NCBI GenBank assembly: GCA_016710335.1
Contig: JADJXQ010000002.1
Span: 385,537-449,536, forward strand
Direction: 5' to 3'
Length of the DNA: 64,000 nucleotides
Origin: Rhodospirillales bacterium
GTDB taxonomy: Bacteria; Pseudomonadota; Alphaproteobacteria; Rhodospirillales; Defluviicoccaceae
The notes under the pieces are model-generated. The model was not told the DNA's origin. It searched no databases and was given only the letters and a program-made list of their open reading frames with translations. The position numbers and the translations under genes are program-made. Shown here one piece after another: positions 43,350-53,125 of the stretch (positions within the stretch are counted from its first letter, which is position 1; every line of letters starts with the position of its first letter).

Positions 43350-45409
43350 CTACACCAGCGCCCGCGGCAGGGCGACGCGCCAGTCGCGGCGGGCGACGGT
43401 GGCGTCGCCTTCGGAGGCAACCAGGTCGCCGGCGAGCTGGAACACCTGCGCCGTCGCCGACAACCGCATCCGGCATTCAATGCGGATCGACCAGTCGCCG
43501 CGGCGGAGCACGGTGGTCTGGTCGAGTTCCGTTTCTGCCGACAACGGATCGCTCTCGATGATCCGGTAGCGCTTGATCAGCGTGTAGCCGAGTTCGAGGT
43601 CGATGGCCTCGAGCCGCGCCAGGGAAGCGCCGCCGAATTCCCCGCCGTCGCTTTCGAGGATGTAGACGACCTCGTTGGTGGTGAGGTCGGTCTCCAGACG
43701 GCGCCGCGTCGGAAAGTGGTGCAGCGTGGTGTAGGACGTGCCCGGCGCCGCCTCCGGCGGTTGGAACGGGCGTAGACGGTCGTCCTCCCGGCGTGGCGGC
43801 CGCACCGGCAGATCGACTACGCTCTGCCCCGTGCGCACCCCGATCACCGCCCCCGCCGGCGACGGCCACGCGATCGGCCAGTAGCTCGAGGACAGGGCGA
43901 GACGGATGCGATGGCCGGCCGGGAAGGCATGGGCGATGTCGTTGAGGCGGATCCGGACCTGCGTCCATTCGCCGGGAACCAGCGGCTGCGGCCGCTCGTG
44001 GCCGCCGCGGTGAGTGAGATTGAGCAGGCCGTAGGTGACCCGGAGCGACGAGCCGTCCGGCGCCACGTCGCAGAGGCGCACCGCCAGGAGCGCCACCGGC
44101 TTGTTGCAGCGGAGATCGAGGGTGATGACCGTGGCCCCCAGTATCTCCAGGCGCTCATCCAAAGGATCGCTGTCGAACACCAAGGAGCCGCCGTCGTCCG
44201 CGCGCTGGTCGCGCGGGAACTCGCCCTCCGCGCCGAAGCCGCACCACTCGCCGCCCCGCATCCCCGTCGTCTGCGGCGATGAAAAGCTGAGTTCGCCGCC
44301 GGGCGCCGCCCCGTCCCGCCACAAATGACCGGGATTGAGAAAGAAACGGAGCGGGCGGATGCGCGCGCTCGGCCAGGCGTCCTCGGCGATCCAGCGCCCC
44401 GGCCGAACCGCGTATTGCGGTGCCGGCGCCACGCTCTCCTGCATCCACACCCGCAGGAGCGGCTCGTCCATGATGCCGGTCGCCCGTCCCTTCAGCCAGT
44501 GGTCCCACCAGGTGACCGCCTCCTGCAGGAACCCGATCGCCGGTCCGGGCACGCCGTCATGGGGAAAGAGATGCGCCCACGGCCCGATCAGCCCCTTCCG
44601 CGGACAGCTCAGGTTGGCCATCAGCCGCGGCACCGCATTCGAGTAGCCGTCCGCCCAGCCGCCGATCGCGTACACGGGGCATGTGATCGCAGCGTAATCC
44701 TCGCACACCGAGCCGTGCTTCCAGTAGCCGTCGCGCCACTGATGGCGCATCCACAGCTCCGGGAACGGCTGCAGGCGCTCGAGCCGCTGCCGCCACATCT
44801 CGCGCCAGCGCTCGCCGACGATGTGCGGGTCCGGCGGCAGCGCCGAAAACAGCGTCAGGATGGCGCCCCACTGCATGTTCTCGTTGAGGAGACAGCCGCC
44901 CATGTAGTGAGCGTCGTCAGCGTAGCGGTCATCGGTGGAGCATAGCGTGATGATTGCCTTCAGCGCCGGCGGCCGCAACGCCGCCACCTGCAGGGCATTG
45001 AACCCGCCCCACGAGATTCCCATCATGCCGACGGCGCCGCTGCACCATGTCTGCCGGGCGATCCAGGCGATGATCTCCAGCGCATCCGCGTGCTCCTGCA
45101 CGGTGTATTCGTCGTGCAGTACCCCTCGGAATCGCCGGACCCGCGCAGGTCCACCCGCACGCTGGCGTAGCCGTTGATCGCGAAGTAGCGGTGGATCGGC
45201 TCATCGCGGGCGCGGGTGAAGTCGCGCTTGCGGTAGGGGAGGTATTCCAGAATCGCCGGCACCGGCTCGGTTGCCGCCGCCTTCGGCATCCAGATCCGTG
45301 CCGCCAGCCGGCAGCCGTCGGACATGGCGATCCAGACGTTCTCGATGTCCTCGATCCCGGCAAGGTCCGTCTCGGTCACATCGCTCCGATCCTGCGACCG
45401 CGCCTGCAT
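43350..45409 (-). pseudogene. CocE/NonD family hydrolase (S15 X-Pro dipeptidyl-peptidase fold) with an apparent 1-nt indel at the C-run 45122-45125
   Basis: N-terminal ORF 45023..45409 reads ...ILEYLPYRKRD...VRVDLRGSGDSEG and then junk. The continuation VLHDEYTVQEHADALEIIAWIA...GMMGISWGGFNALQ (GxSxG)... is in ORF 43350..45101. One extra base in gagggg|tac would join them. Confidence 0.85.
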
Positions 45410-45421
45410 CTTCCGCAGCCC

Positions 45422-46381
45422 TCACGCGCCTTCGGTGGCGCGCTTCCCCTTGCGACGATTACGCGGCAAAAGCTGTTGCGTCGACCAGAAGCTGAGCGCC
45501 AGCCGCTCGCGAAGGTTGAGGCCGGTCTGCAACTCCCAACAGTTGACGATGCCGAGGCGGAAGCCCCCGGGCGGCATGGAATGGGCGGCCGGCGGGCGAT
45601 CTTCATGGAAAGTGATCTGGATGCTGGAGACCTGCGGCGTCTGCCGCCACTCCTCCACCAGATCGAGGGGCGGATGGGCATACTGCACCCCATGCGCGCC
45701 GAACAGCACCACGCTGTACCCCTCCCGCCGGTCACTGTCGTCGAACTGCCACCGGCCCTCGGCGTAGAGATCGACCAGCGCTTCGGTCCAACCGGTGCCG
45801 TACAGATCCGGCCACTGGTCCGAGAAACGCAGGTGCACCTCGATGATGCGCGCGCCGATGGTCTCGAAATTCAGCATCCCGGTGTACCCGGCGAGGTTCC
45901 GTCGGGTCCAGTCGGCGCAGTAGGTTTCGACGTCCGCGCGCGGCTCGGCCAGCACCGTCCAGTAGTCGAACATGCCGCCAGGCAGCGCCTTGCCGATGAC
46001 GTGGCGCCACCACTTCGGCTCGCCATCGACGATCGCCACGTCGGTGCTCACGTGCTCGCCCTCGAACAGCGGCATCCACATGTGGCCGGGGCGCTGCTGG
46101 CTCTTGTATTCCTTCAGGCTGCGCAGCACGCGGGAGCCGGCGCCCATGCCGCGCATGTTGTAGATCGGCTTGCTGAACACCGGGAACGACGGCGGCTCGA
46201 GGCCATGCGGTCCGCACGGTACGTTCTGGCTCTCGGCGATGGAAAGCTTGTTGTAAATCCACTTGTAGTTCGGGTAGCGCGCCCACGCGTCGCCGTCCTC
46301 GGTCGGGACATGAACACCTTCCGGGCATGGAACATGCTCGAAATACTGCATGCGCCAGGGATCGGTTTCGTGGATCGGCAT
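45422..46381 (-). CDS. ATP-grasp-fold-like conserved hypothetical protein
   Basis: ...FPVFSKPIYNMRGMGAGSRVL..., ...HMWMPLFEGEHVSTDVAIVDGE..., ...MLNFETIGARIIEVHLRFSDQW... resemble ATP-grasp B/C-domain motifs. It ends 12 nt upstream of the CocE/NonD gene. Confidence 0.5.
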   Translation of the reverse strand: MPIHETDPWRMQYFEHVPCPEGVHVPTEDGDAWARYPNYKWIYNKLSIAESQNVPCGPHGLEPPSFPVFSKPIYNMRGMGAGSRVLRSLKEYKSQQRPGHMWMPLFEGEHVSTDVAIVDGEPKWWRHVIGKALPGGMFDYWTVLAEPRADVETYCADWTRRNLAGYTGMLNFETIGARIIEVHLRFSDQWPDLYGTGWTEALVDLYAEGRWQFDDSDRREGYSVVLFGAHGVQYAHPPLDLVEEWRQTPQVSSIQITFHEDRPPAAHSMPPGGFRLGIVNCWELQTGLNLRERLALSFWSTQQLLPRNRRKGKRATEGA

Positions 46382-46554
46382 GTCTGTTTGCTGCCTTCGA
46401 ACTCATCGGCTGAGGGGAACGAAGCGGACCGCGGACCGTGAATACCAGAACCGCAGCGATAGCACACGTTTTGCCGAGGCCACTGCGCCCTTGCCAAGAC
46501 CGGCGCGCCGTCCGACTTTATGGGCTGACCAACCAGAAGGCGTCAGCGAGAAAA

Positions 46555-47460
46555 ATGAAGACCGAACCGGTTCACTACGTCATCCTCGAACGGCGCGGCG
46601 TTCTCGCCGTCGACGGCGCCGACTCCCGCACGTTCCTGCAGGGCCTGGTGTCCAACGACGTGCGGCGCATTGCCGCGGATCGCGCGATCTATGCCGCCTT
46701 GCTGACCCCGCAGGGCAAGTACCTGCATGACTTTTTCATGGTGGCGCAGGACGCGTCGATCCTCATCGACTGCGAGGCGGAGCGTCTCGCCGATCTGCAG
46801 CGCCGCCTCGGGATCTTCAAGCTCCGCTCCGACGTGACGCTGACGGATCGCAGCGCGGCGCTGACGGTCGCCGCCCTCTTCGGTGGAGACGTGCCCGGAG
46901 CGCTCGGCCTCGCGCCGGAGCCCGGTTCGGCGACCGCTTTCCACGACGGCGTCGCCTACATGGATCCGCGCCTGGCGATTGCCGGCGCGCGGGCCGTGCT
47001 GCCGTCGGCCGATGCAGCGGCTGTCCTCGAATCGGCCGGGTTCGCTCCGGCGGACGCGCAGGCTTACGACCGGCATCGCATCCACCTCGGCCTTGCCGAC
47101 GGCAGCCGCGACCTTATCCCGGACAAGTCGATCCTGCTCGAGAACGGCTTCGACGAACTCAACGGCGTCGACTGGGAAAAGGGCTGCTACATGGGTCAGG
47201 AACTGACTGCCCGCACAAAGTACCGCGGTCTGGTCAGGAAGCGCCTGGTGCCGGTGGCGGTGGCGGGGCCGTTGCCGGCCGCCGGCACGCCGGTGCTGCT
47301 GGAGGACAAGGAGGTGGGTGACATCCGCTCCGGCGTCGACGCGATGGCCCTCGCCTTCTTGCGCATCGAGGCGCTGGAGCAAGCGGGAGCGGGCGGCACC
47401 CTGACAGCGGGAGAGGCCATCCTGACACCGCGCATCGCACCGTGGGCCGCAGACGGCTAG
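46555..47460 (+). CDS. ygfZ: YgfZ/CAF17-family folate-binding Fe-S cluster repair protein
   Basis: ...RGVLAVDGADSRTFLQGLVSNDV...YAALLTPQGKYLHDFF...KGCYMGQELTARTKYRG. Confidence 0.88.
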   Translation: MKTEPVHYVILERRGVLAVDGADSRTFLQGLVSNDVRRIAADRAIYAALLTPQGKYLHDFFMVAQDASILIDCEAERLADLQRRLGIFKLRSDVTLTDRSAALTVAALFGGDVPGALGLAPEPGSATAFHDGVAYMDPRLAIAGARAVLPSADAAAVLESAGFAPADAQAYDRHRIHLGLADGSRDLIPDKSILLENGFDELNGVDWEKGCYMGQELTARTKYRGLVRKRLVPVAVAGPLPAAGTPVLLEDKEVGDIRSGVDAMALAFLRIEALEQAGAGGTLTAGEAILTPRIAPWAADG

Positions 47461-47524
47461 CGGACCGTCGTGAACATTGTCATTGAGAGCATTCGCGCGG
47501 CGGATGCGCGCCGATTCAGCCAGC

Positions 47525-47854
47525 CTAGGCGGAAGACGGCGACGGCTGACCGTCTGACTCGGCGGCTGAAGACACCCTCTGGGCGGCGCGAACGCGCTTC
47601 TTGATACGGCGCAACCGCGGCGTCAGTTCCGAGTCGCGCGTGTCGAGCAGGAATGCGTCGAGGCCGCCCTTGTGGTCGATGGTCTTGATCGCCCGGGTGC
47701 TGATCCTGAGGCGCACGGACTCCCCGAGCGACTCGCTCAACGCCGACATCTCCTGCAGGTTGGGGAGGAACCGACGGCGGGTCTTGTTGTGAGCGTGGCT
47801 GACGTTGTTGCCGGTCAGCACCCCCTTGCCGGTCAATCCGCACCGCCTTGCCAT
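47525..47854 (-). CDS. rpmB: 50S ribosomal protein L28 (with C-terminal extension)
   Basis: [34 protein letters not shown]...[21 protein letters not shown]. Confidence 0.95.
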   Translation of the reverse strand: MARRCGLTGKGVLTGNNVSHAHNKTRRRFLPNLQEMSALSESLGESVRLRISTRAIKTIDHKGGLDAFLLDTRDSELTPRLRRIKKRVRAAQRVSSAAESDGQPSPSSA

Positions 47855-47869
47855 AGTCCCCGCCTTTCG

Positions 47870-47942
47870 TGACCTGTCGCTTGCATGATCTGCCGCTTGC
47901 ATGATCTGCCGCTTGCATGATCTGCCGCTTGCATGATCTGCC
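47870..47942. repeat. Perfect 16-bp tandem repeat x4 (gcttgcatgatctgcc) plus a degenerate fifth copy, 25-90 nt upstream of the rpmB ATG
   Basis: Read directly: copies at 47879-94, 47895-910, 47911-26, 47927-42, preceded by the related tgacctgtc. Confidence 0.95.
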
Positions 47943-48259
47943 GCGTCTCGTGTTGGCGACACCACGCCGCACAACGCGCCGGGACCGCAAACGACCCCGG
48001 CAGCCCGACCTTGTAGGCGACCGACCGCCTTGCCGTCAAGAGCACCCTTCACCAAGGCCGCAATCATCCGTTTCTTCATGGTAGGTTCGGCAAGTTGCAG
48101 CGCTTTGACGCGACAGCTCCCGTGGCCGTTCCCGCGCAAGCGCTCCGTGCAGCCTTGTCAGCCTGTTGCGGGCCGCTTAGGGTGATGCCGCTCTTGCCGC
48201 AAGGGGCGCCGGCAGGGCGTGCGGCTGGAAGAGCGTGTGAGCGGAAAAGGAAGAGCGCG

Positions 48260-49456
48260 ATGGTGATGCAGGGTTCGGCGGGCGCATGGCGATGGAAGAC
48301 GGTGGCGACTGGCCTGCTCGTGGCCATGGGGATCGGCGGCCTGATGGCCGGCCCCGCCAATGCCAAGGACACGGTGACGGTCGGCTTCATAGGGCCGCTG
48401 ACCGGCGGCGTTTCCGCCAATGGCATCGGCGGGCGCAATTCGGCGGATCTGGCGGTGCGGCTCCGCAACGCCGATGCGGACGCCAAGTACGCGTACGAAC
48501 TCGTTGTGCAGGATGACGAGTGCAAGCCCAACATCGGCGTGCAGGCGGCGACCAAGCTGGCCGCCGACAAGGACGTCGTCGCCGCGGCCACCCATTACTG
48601 CTCGGCGGTCGCCATCGCCACGGTTGATACCTACCACAAGTTCGGGCTGCCGGTCATCGTTTGGGGCGCCGTGCTGCCGGACATCACCTATGGCAACGAC
48701 TACAAGGAGATCCACCGCGTCAACGGCACGATGATCAACCAGAACCAGACCGCGGCCGAGTTCATGACCGGTCTCGGCTACAAGACCTGGGCGGTCATCC
48801 ACGACACCACAGACTACGGCAAAGGCCACAACCAGTATTTCAGCGAAAGCCTGGCAAAGAACGGCGGCAAGATCCTCGCCACGTTCGGGGTCACCGCGGA
48901 TCAGCAGGATTTCACGGCCGAACTCACCAACATCAAGTCGCTCAATCCGGAAGTGGTGTTCTTCGGCGGGCTGACGCCGATCGGGGTGCGCATCCGCTCC
49001 CAGATGGAGAAGCTCGGGGTCGACGCGGTGTTCCAGGGAACGTCGGGAATCGTCTCCGACGCGTTCATCGAGGGCACCGGGGACCTGGCGGAAGGCGCCC
49101 TCGCCTTCCGTGAAGGTGCGCCGACCGAAAAGCTGCCGGGCGGGCAGTTCTTCATGGAGCAATACGCCAAGCAGGGCTACGCCGACCCGGCGGAAGCTTA
49201 TGGCGCCTTCGCGTTCGCCGCGATGAACCTGATCCTGGACGCCATCGAAACGGTGGGCCCGGATCGCAAGAAAGTCCGCGACTACCTCAACGGCGTCGAG
49301 GACCGCGACTCCATCGTCGGCACCATCACCTTCGACGACCACGGCCAGAACACCGTCGCTTTGATCACCAAGTACGTGATCCAGGACGGCAAGTGGGCGG
49401 TCTGGGAGGACAGCGAATATGCGAGCGGCGACCGCAAGCTGCCCGGCCAGCCCTAG
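48260..49456 (+). CDS. Branched-chain amino acid ABC transporter substrate-binding protein (LivK/LivJ family)
   Basis: Signal peptide ...LLVAMGIGGLMAGPANA, then KDTVTVGFIGPLTGG...; type I PBP. Confidence 0.88.
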   Translation: MVMQGSAGAWRWKTVATGLLVAMGIGGLMAGPANAKDTVTVGFIGPLTGGVSANGIGGRNSADLAVRLRNADADAKYAYELVVQDDECKPNIGVQAATKLAADKDVVAAATHYCSAVAIATVDTYHKFGLPVIVWGAVLPDITYGNDYKEIHRVNGTMINQNQTAAEFMTGLGYKTWAVIHDTTDYGKGHNQYFSESLAKNGGKILATFGVTADQQDFTAELTNIKSLNPEVVFFGGLTPIGVRIRSQMEKLGVDAVFQGTSGIVSDAFIEGTGDLAEGALAFREGAPTEKLPGGQFFMEQYAKQGYADPAEAYGAFAFAAMNLILDAIETVGPDRKKVRDYLNGVEDRDSIVGTITFDDHGQNTVALITKYVIQDGKWAVWEDSEYASGDRKLPGQP

Positions 49457-49490
49457 TTCGGGGCTGACGCTTTCTTGAGCGTACTCCGCC

Positions 49491-50411
49491 ATGGATGTCG
49501 GCCTTCTCGCCCAGTACGTCATCAACGGCCTGATGCTGGGCATGACGTATGCTTTGGTCGCCGTCGGCTTCACCCTGTTCTTCGGGGTGCTGGACGTGAT
49601 CAAGTTCTCGCACGGCGATGTGCTGACGGTTGGCGCGTTCACGGCGCTGGGGACGTATCTCGGGCTGAGCGGCGCCGGCGTTACCTCGCCGTTGCTCCTG
49701 ATCGTCGCCATCGTACTCGTCGCCGGGGTCGCGATGGGTCTGCTCGGGGCGTTGATCGCCCGCGCTCTGGTGCTGCCGCTTCGGGCGGCGCCGGCCCTCA
49801 ACACCCTCTTGATCACCCTGATGCTGGGGACGGTGCTGCGTGAGAGCGTCCGCCTGTTCTATCCCGAAGGCGCCAACCCGAAGCCGTTTCCGGCGCTGTT
49901 GCCGGCCGACTCGGTGACGTTCGGCAACCTCTATCTGCGCCTCGACAGCGTGTTGATGCTGGTGGCCGGCGGCGCCGTCATCGTCGGCGTCCAGCTCCTG
50001 CTGAACCGCACCAAGCTCGGCCTCGCCATCCGCGCCGTCGCCCAGGACGAGGAGACGGCGCGGACCATGGGCATCAATTTCACGCTGATCGTGCTGATCA
50101 CCTTCGCCCTCGGCTCGGCCCTGGCGGCGATCGCCGGCATCATGAATGGCCTCTACTACAACGAGATCAACTTCGGCATGGGGCTGCTGCTGGGCGTCAT
50201 CGGCTTTTCAGCGGCGATCGTCGGCGGCCTCGGCAACATCTACGGCGCCATCATCGGCGGCTTTCTGTTCGCTCTGCTGCAGACCATCGGCGCCGTCGCC
50301 CTTCCCTTCGCCAGCGCCTACAAGGACGTGTTCGCGTTCGGTGTGGTCATTCTGATCATGGCGTGGCGGCCAACCGGGCTGATCGAAGAAAAAGTCAGCG
50401 AGCGCGTATGA
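49491..50411 (+). CDS. livH: Branched-chain amino acid ABC transporter permease (LivH family)
   Basis: MDVGLLAQYVINGLMLGMTYALVAVGFTLFFGVLDVIKFSHGD... Confidence 0.9.
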   Translation: MDVGLLAQYVINGLMLGMTYALVAVGFTLFFGVLDVIKFSHGDVLTVGAFTALGTYLGLSGAGVTSPLLLIVAIVLVAGVAMGLLGALIARALVLPLRAAPALNTLLITLMLGTVLRESVRLFYPEGANPKPFPALLPADSVTFGNLYLRLDSVLMLVAGGAVIVGVQLLLNRTKLGLAIRAVAQDEETARTMGINFTLIVLITFALGSALAAIAGIMNGLYYNEINFGMGLLLGVIGFSAAIVGGLGNIYGAIIGGFLFALLQTIGAVALPFASAYKDVFAFGVVILIMAWRPTGLIEEKVSERV

Positions 50412-51598
50412 GCGGGAACGACAGCGTCGAGCGGGCGGCCGGCCCTTCGGGTCTGAGAGCGCTGCTTCCCGCGCTGGCGCTTGCCGCCGCCGGCACTGCC
50501 TTCGTCATCGCACTGCTCGCGGTCGAATCCCAGGTAGGCATTGTCGTTCTTCTCGCCGGCGCCGCCGCTGCCATCGTTATTGCGGCGCGCTTCGGCCTGC
50601 TGAGCCCGGTCGGCGACCTCCTCATCCAACGCGAGGACGTGCTCGGCGTGCTGAGCGTGGTCGGCGTGCTGGTGGTGACCGCGTACTTCCACGAAGACCA
50701 TTTCACGCTGCTGATGGTCGCCACCGTCATCCTGTTCGTGCTGGCGACCCTCGGACTGAACATCCAGTTCGGCTACACCGGCCTGATCAATTTCGCCGGC
50801 GCCTCTTTCCTCGGCATCGGGTGCTACACGGCCGCGGTCCTCACCCAGCACACCGCCCTCCCCCATATCCTCGTGCTGCTCGTCGGCGGGCTGATGGCGG
50901 CGGTGATCGGCTCCATCCTGCTGTTGCCGGTGTTGCGCACCCGCGGCCACTATTCCGCCGTGGTCACCATCGCGTTCGCATTGCTGTTCAAGACGTTCCT
51001 GGAGGTCAACGACGTGCTCGGCGGCCCGCAGGGTCTGTCGGTCGCCGGCATGAACCTGTTCGGCTGGGACTTCAACGACAACATCCGGATCGGGGACTCG
51101 TTCGAGCTGTCGTTCTACGCCAACTATGTCCTGTTGTCCTTGGCGCTGCTGGTGATCGCCTTCGTCTTCGTCAGGCGGCTGGATCGCTCGTGGATCGGCC
51201 TCAACCTGGACGCCGTCCGGCTCGACGACACCGCCGCCGCCTGCTTCGGCCTCAACCTGGTGCGCTGGAAGATCACCGCGTTCACCATCGGCAACTTCCT
51301 CACCGGCGTCGCCGGGTCGCTCTACGGGATGATGCTGGGATTCATCGCCCCGGCCAACTTCACTTTCGGCGACTCGCTGATCCTCGTTTCCATCGTGCTC
51401 CTCGGCGGCATCGGCAACGCCTGGGGGCTGGTGGTCGCCACCACCATCGTGGTCATCCTGCCGGAGAAGCTGCAGGCCATTCAGGAGTACCGGTTCCTCC
51501 TCTACGCTTCGATGGTCATTCTCATTCTGCTGTTCCGGCCGGAGGGGCTGCTGCCGCGGCCGCTCCGCGCCTACTTCCCCGGATTTTCCGGCCGATGA
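50408..51598 (+). CDS. livM: Branched-chain amino acid ABC transporter permease (LivM family)
   Basis: ...LGLNIQFGYTGLINFAGASFLGIGCYTAAVL... ATGA overlap with livH. Confidence 0.9.
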   Translation: MSGNDSVERAAGPSGLRALLPALALAAAGTAFVIALLAVESQVGIVVLLAGAAAAIVIAARFGLLSPVGDLLIQREDVLGVLSVVGVLVVTAYFHEDHFTLLMVATVILFVLATLGLNIQFGYTGLINFAGASFLGIGCYTAAVLTQHTALPHILVLLVGGLMAAVIGSILLLPVLRTRGHYSAVVTIAFALLFKTFLEVNDVLGGPQGLSVAGMNLFGWDFNDNIRIGDSFELSFYANYVLLSLALLVIAFVFVRRLDRSWIGLNLDAVRLDDTAAACFGLNLVRWKITAFTIGNFLTGVAGSLYGMMLGFIAPANFTFGDSLILVSIVLLGGIGNAWGLVVATTIVVILPEKLQAIQEYRFLLYASMVILILLFRPEGLLPRPLRAYFPGFSGR

Positions 51599-52380
51599 GC
51601 GGCGAGCATGCGCCGCTGCTGGCGTCCCGCGATCTCAGCAAGCTGTTCGGCGGCGTCGTCGCCCTGGACACGCTGAACCTGGAGGTCTTTCCCGACGACG
51701 TCCTCGGACTGATCGGCCCCAACGGCTCCGGCAAGACGACGTTCTTCAACGTCGTGACCGGCATCTACCCGGCGACCCGCGGCGAGATCCGCTTCGACGG
51801 CAGCGTCGTCACCAATCGCTCGCCGCAGGCGGTCTACCGCGCCGGCATCGCCCGCACCTTTCAGCGCTCGCGGCTGTCGCTGCCGCTGTCGATCTTCGAC
51901 AACATCATGATCGGCAACCACAAGCGCCTCAACCACGGCCTGTGGTTCAACCTCGTCCGCCGCGGAGCGTTCCGCGGCGAGTTGGAGGCCAGCTTCGAGG
52001 CTGCGCGCGACCTGGTGCGGGTGTTCGATGCGCCGCTCGCCGATCGCATGTTCGACCCGGTCGGCGGCATTCCGATGATCGACCGCCGGCGCATCGAGAT
52101 CTGCCGGGCGCTGATCAGCCAGCCCAAGCTGTTGCTGCTCGACGAGCCGTCGGCGGGCATGACCGCCGAGGAGACGCGGGTGCTGATGGATGACATCATG
52201 GAGGTTAAGGGGCGCTTCGAGAATCTCACCATCATCATCGTCGAGCACGAGATGGAGGTGATCGAACGCATCACCAACCGGTGCGTGGTGCTCAACTTCG
52301 GCCAGAAGATCGCCGAGGGCACCTACCGCGAGATCGCCGCCGAGCGGCAGGTCCAGGAAGCCTACCTGGGGATCCAATGA
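51595..52380 (+). CDS. livG: Branched-chain amino acid ABC transporter ATP-binding protein (LivG family)
   Basis: Walker A GPNGSGKTT, ...LLLLDEPSAGM..., ...IIIVEHEMEV... Confidence 0.92.
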   Translation: MSGEHAPLLASRDLSKLFGGVVALDTLNLEVFPDDVLGLIGPNGSGKTTFFNVVTGIYPATRGEIRFDGSVVTNRSPQAVYRAGIARTFQRSRLSLPLSIFDNIMIGNHKRLNHGLWFNLVRRGAFRGELEASFEAARDLVRVFDAPLADRMFDPVGGIPMIDRRRIEICRALISQPKLLLLDEPSAGMTAEETRVLMDDIMEVKGRFENLTIIIVEHEMEVIERITNRCVVLNFGQKIAEGTYREIAAERQVQEAYLGIQ

Positions 52381-53099
52381 CGGAACAGCGTGAGCAGGGG
52401 CTGGTGGTGGAAGGCGTCAGCGCGGCGTACGACCGCGCCAACGTGCTCGAGGACGTGTCGCTGACCGCGGCGTCGGGGCGCATCACCTGCCTGCTCGGCT
52501 CCAACGGCTCCGGCAAGACCACCCTGATCCGCGCCATCCTGGGATTGACAGCGATCAACCGCGGACGCATCGCCTTTGGCGGCGCCGCTCTAAGCGGGCG
52601 CCCGACCCACAAGGTCGTCGCCTCCGGCGTCGCCTGCATCCCGGAAGGGCGCAAGGTGTTTCCCAAGCTGACGGTGGAGGAGAATCTCCGCCTCGGCGGC
52701 TATCAGGAGTCGTCGGCGGTGATACTGGCGGAGCGGCTCGAGCGCGTCTACGGAACCTTTCCGCGACTGGCCGAGCGCAAGAACCAGCTTGCCGGCACCA
52801 TGTCGGGCGGCGAGCAGGCGATGGTCTCCATCGGCCGCGGCCTGATGAGTGCGCCGCGGCTCTTGTTGATCGACGAGCCGTCGCTCGGCCTGTCGCCGCT
52901 GCTGGTCAAGGAAAACTTCGCCATCATTCGCGGCATCAACGCGCAAGGGATCACCATATTCCTCGTCGAGCAGAACGTGCACCAGACCCTTGCCATCGCC
53001 GACTTCGGATACGTTCTGTCCAAGGGCCGTGTCGTCGCCTCGGGCACGCCGGATGAGCTGAGGGCGGCGTCGGAGGTGCACCAGGCCTATTTCGGCTGA
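52377..53099 (+). CDS. livF: Branched-chain amino acid ABC transporter ATP-binding protein (LivF family)
   Basis: Walker A GSNGSGKTT, signature MSGGEQAM, Walker B LLLIDEPSLGL. Confidence 0.92.
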   Translation: MTEQREQGLVVEGVSAAYDRANVLEDVSLTAASGRITCLLGSNGSGKTTLIRAILGLTAINRGRIAFGGAALSGRPTHKVVASGVACIPEGRKVFPKLTVEENLRLGGYQESSAVILAERLERVYGTFPRLAERKNQLAGTMSGGEQAMVSIGRGLMSAPRLLLIDEPSLGLSPLLVKENFAIIRGINAQGITIFLVEQNVHQTLAIADFGYVLSKGRVVASGTPDELRAASEVHQAYFG

Positions 53100-53125
53100 C
53101 GACGCACAGCGGAGGAGACGACACC

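Noticed and set aside
47870-47942. Possibility that the tandem arrays (here and at 58159-58235, 4300-4355, 60778-60805) are CRISPR arrays
   Set aside because: The units are directly adjacent with no unique spacers, are only 10-27 nt long, and no cas genes are present. They are simple tandem duplications.
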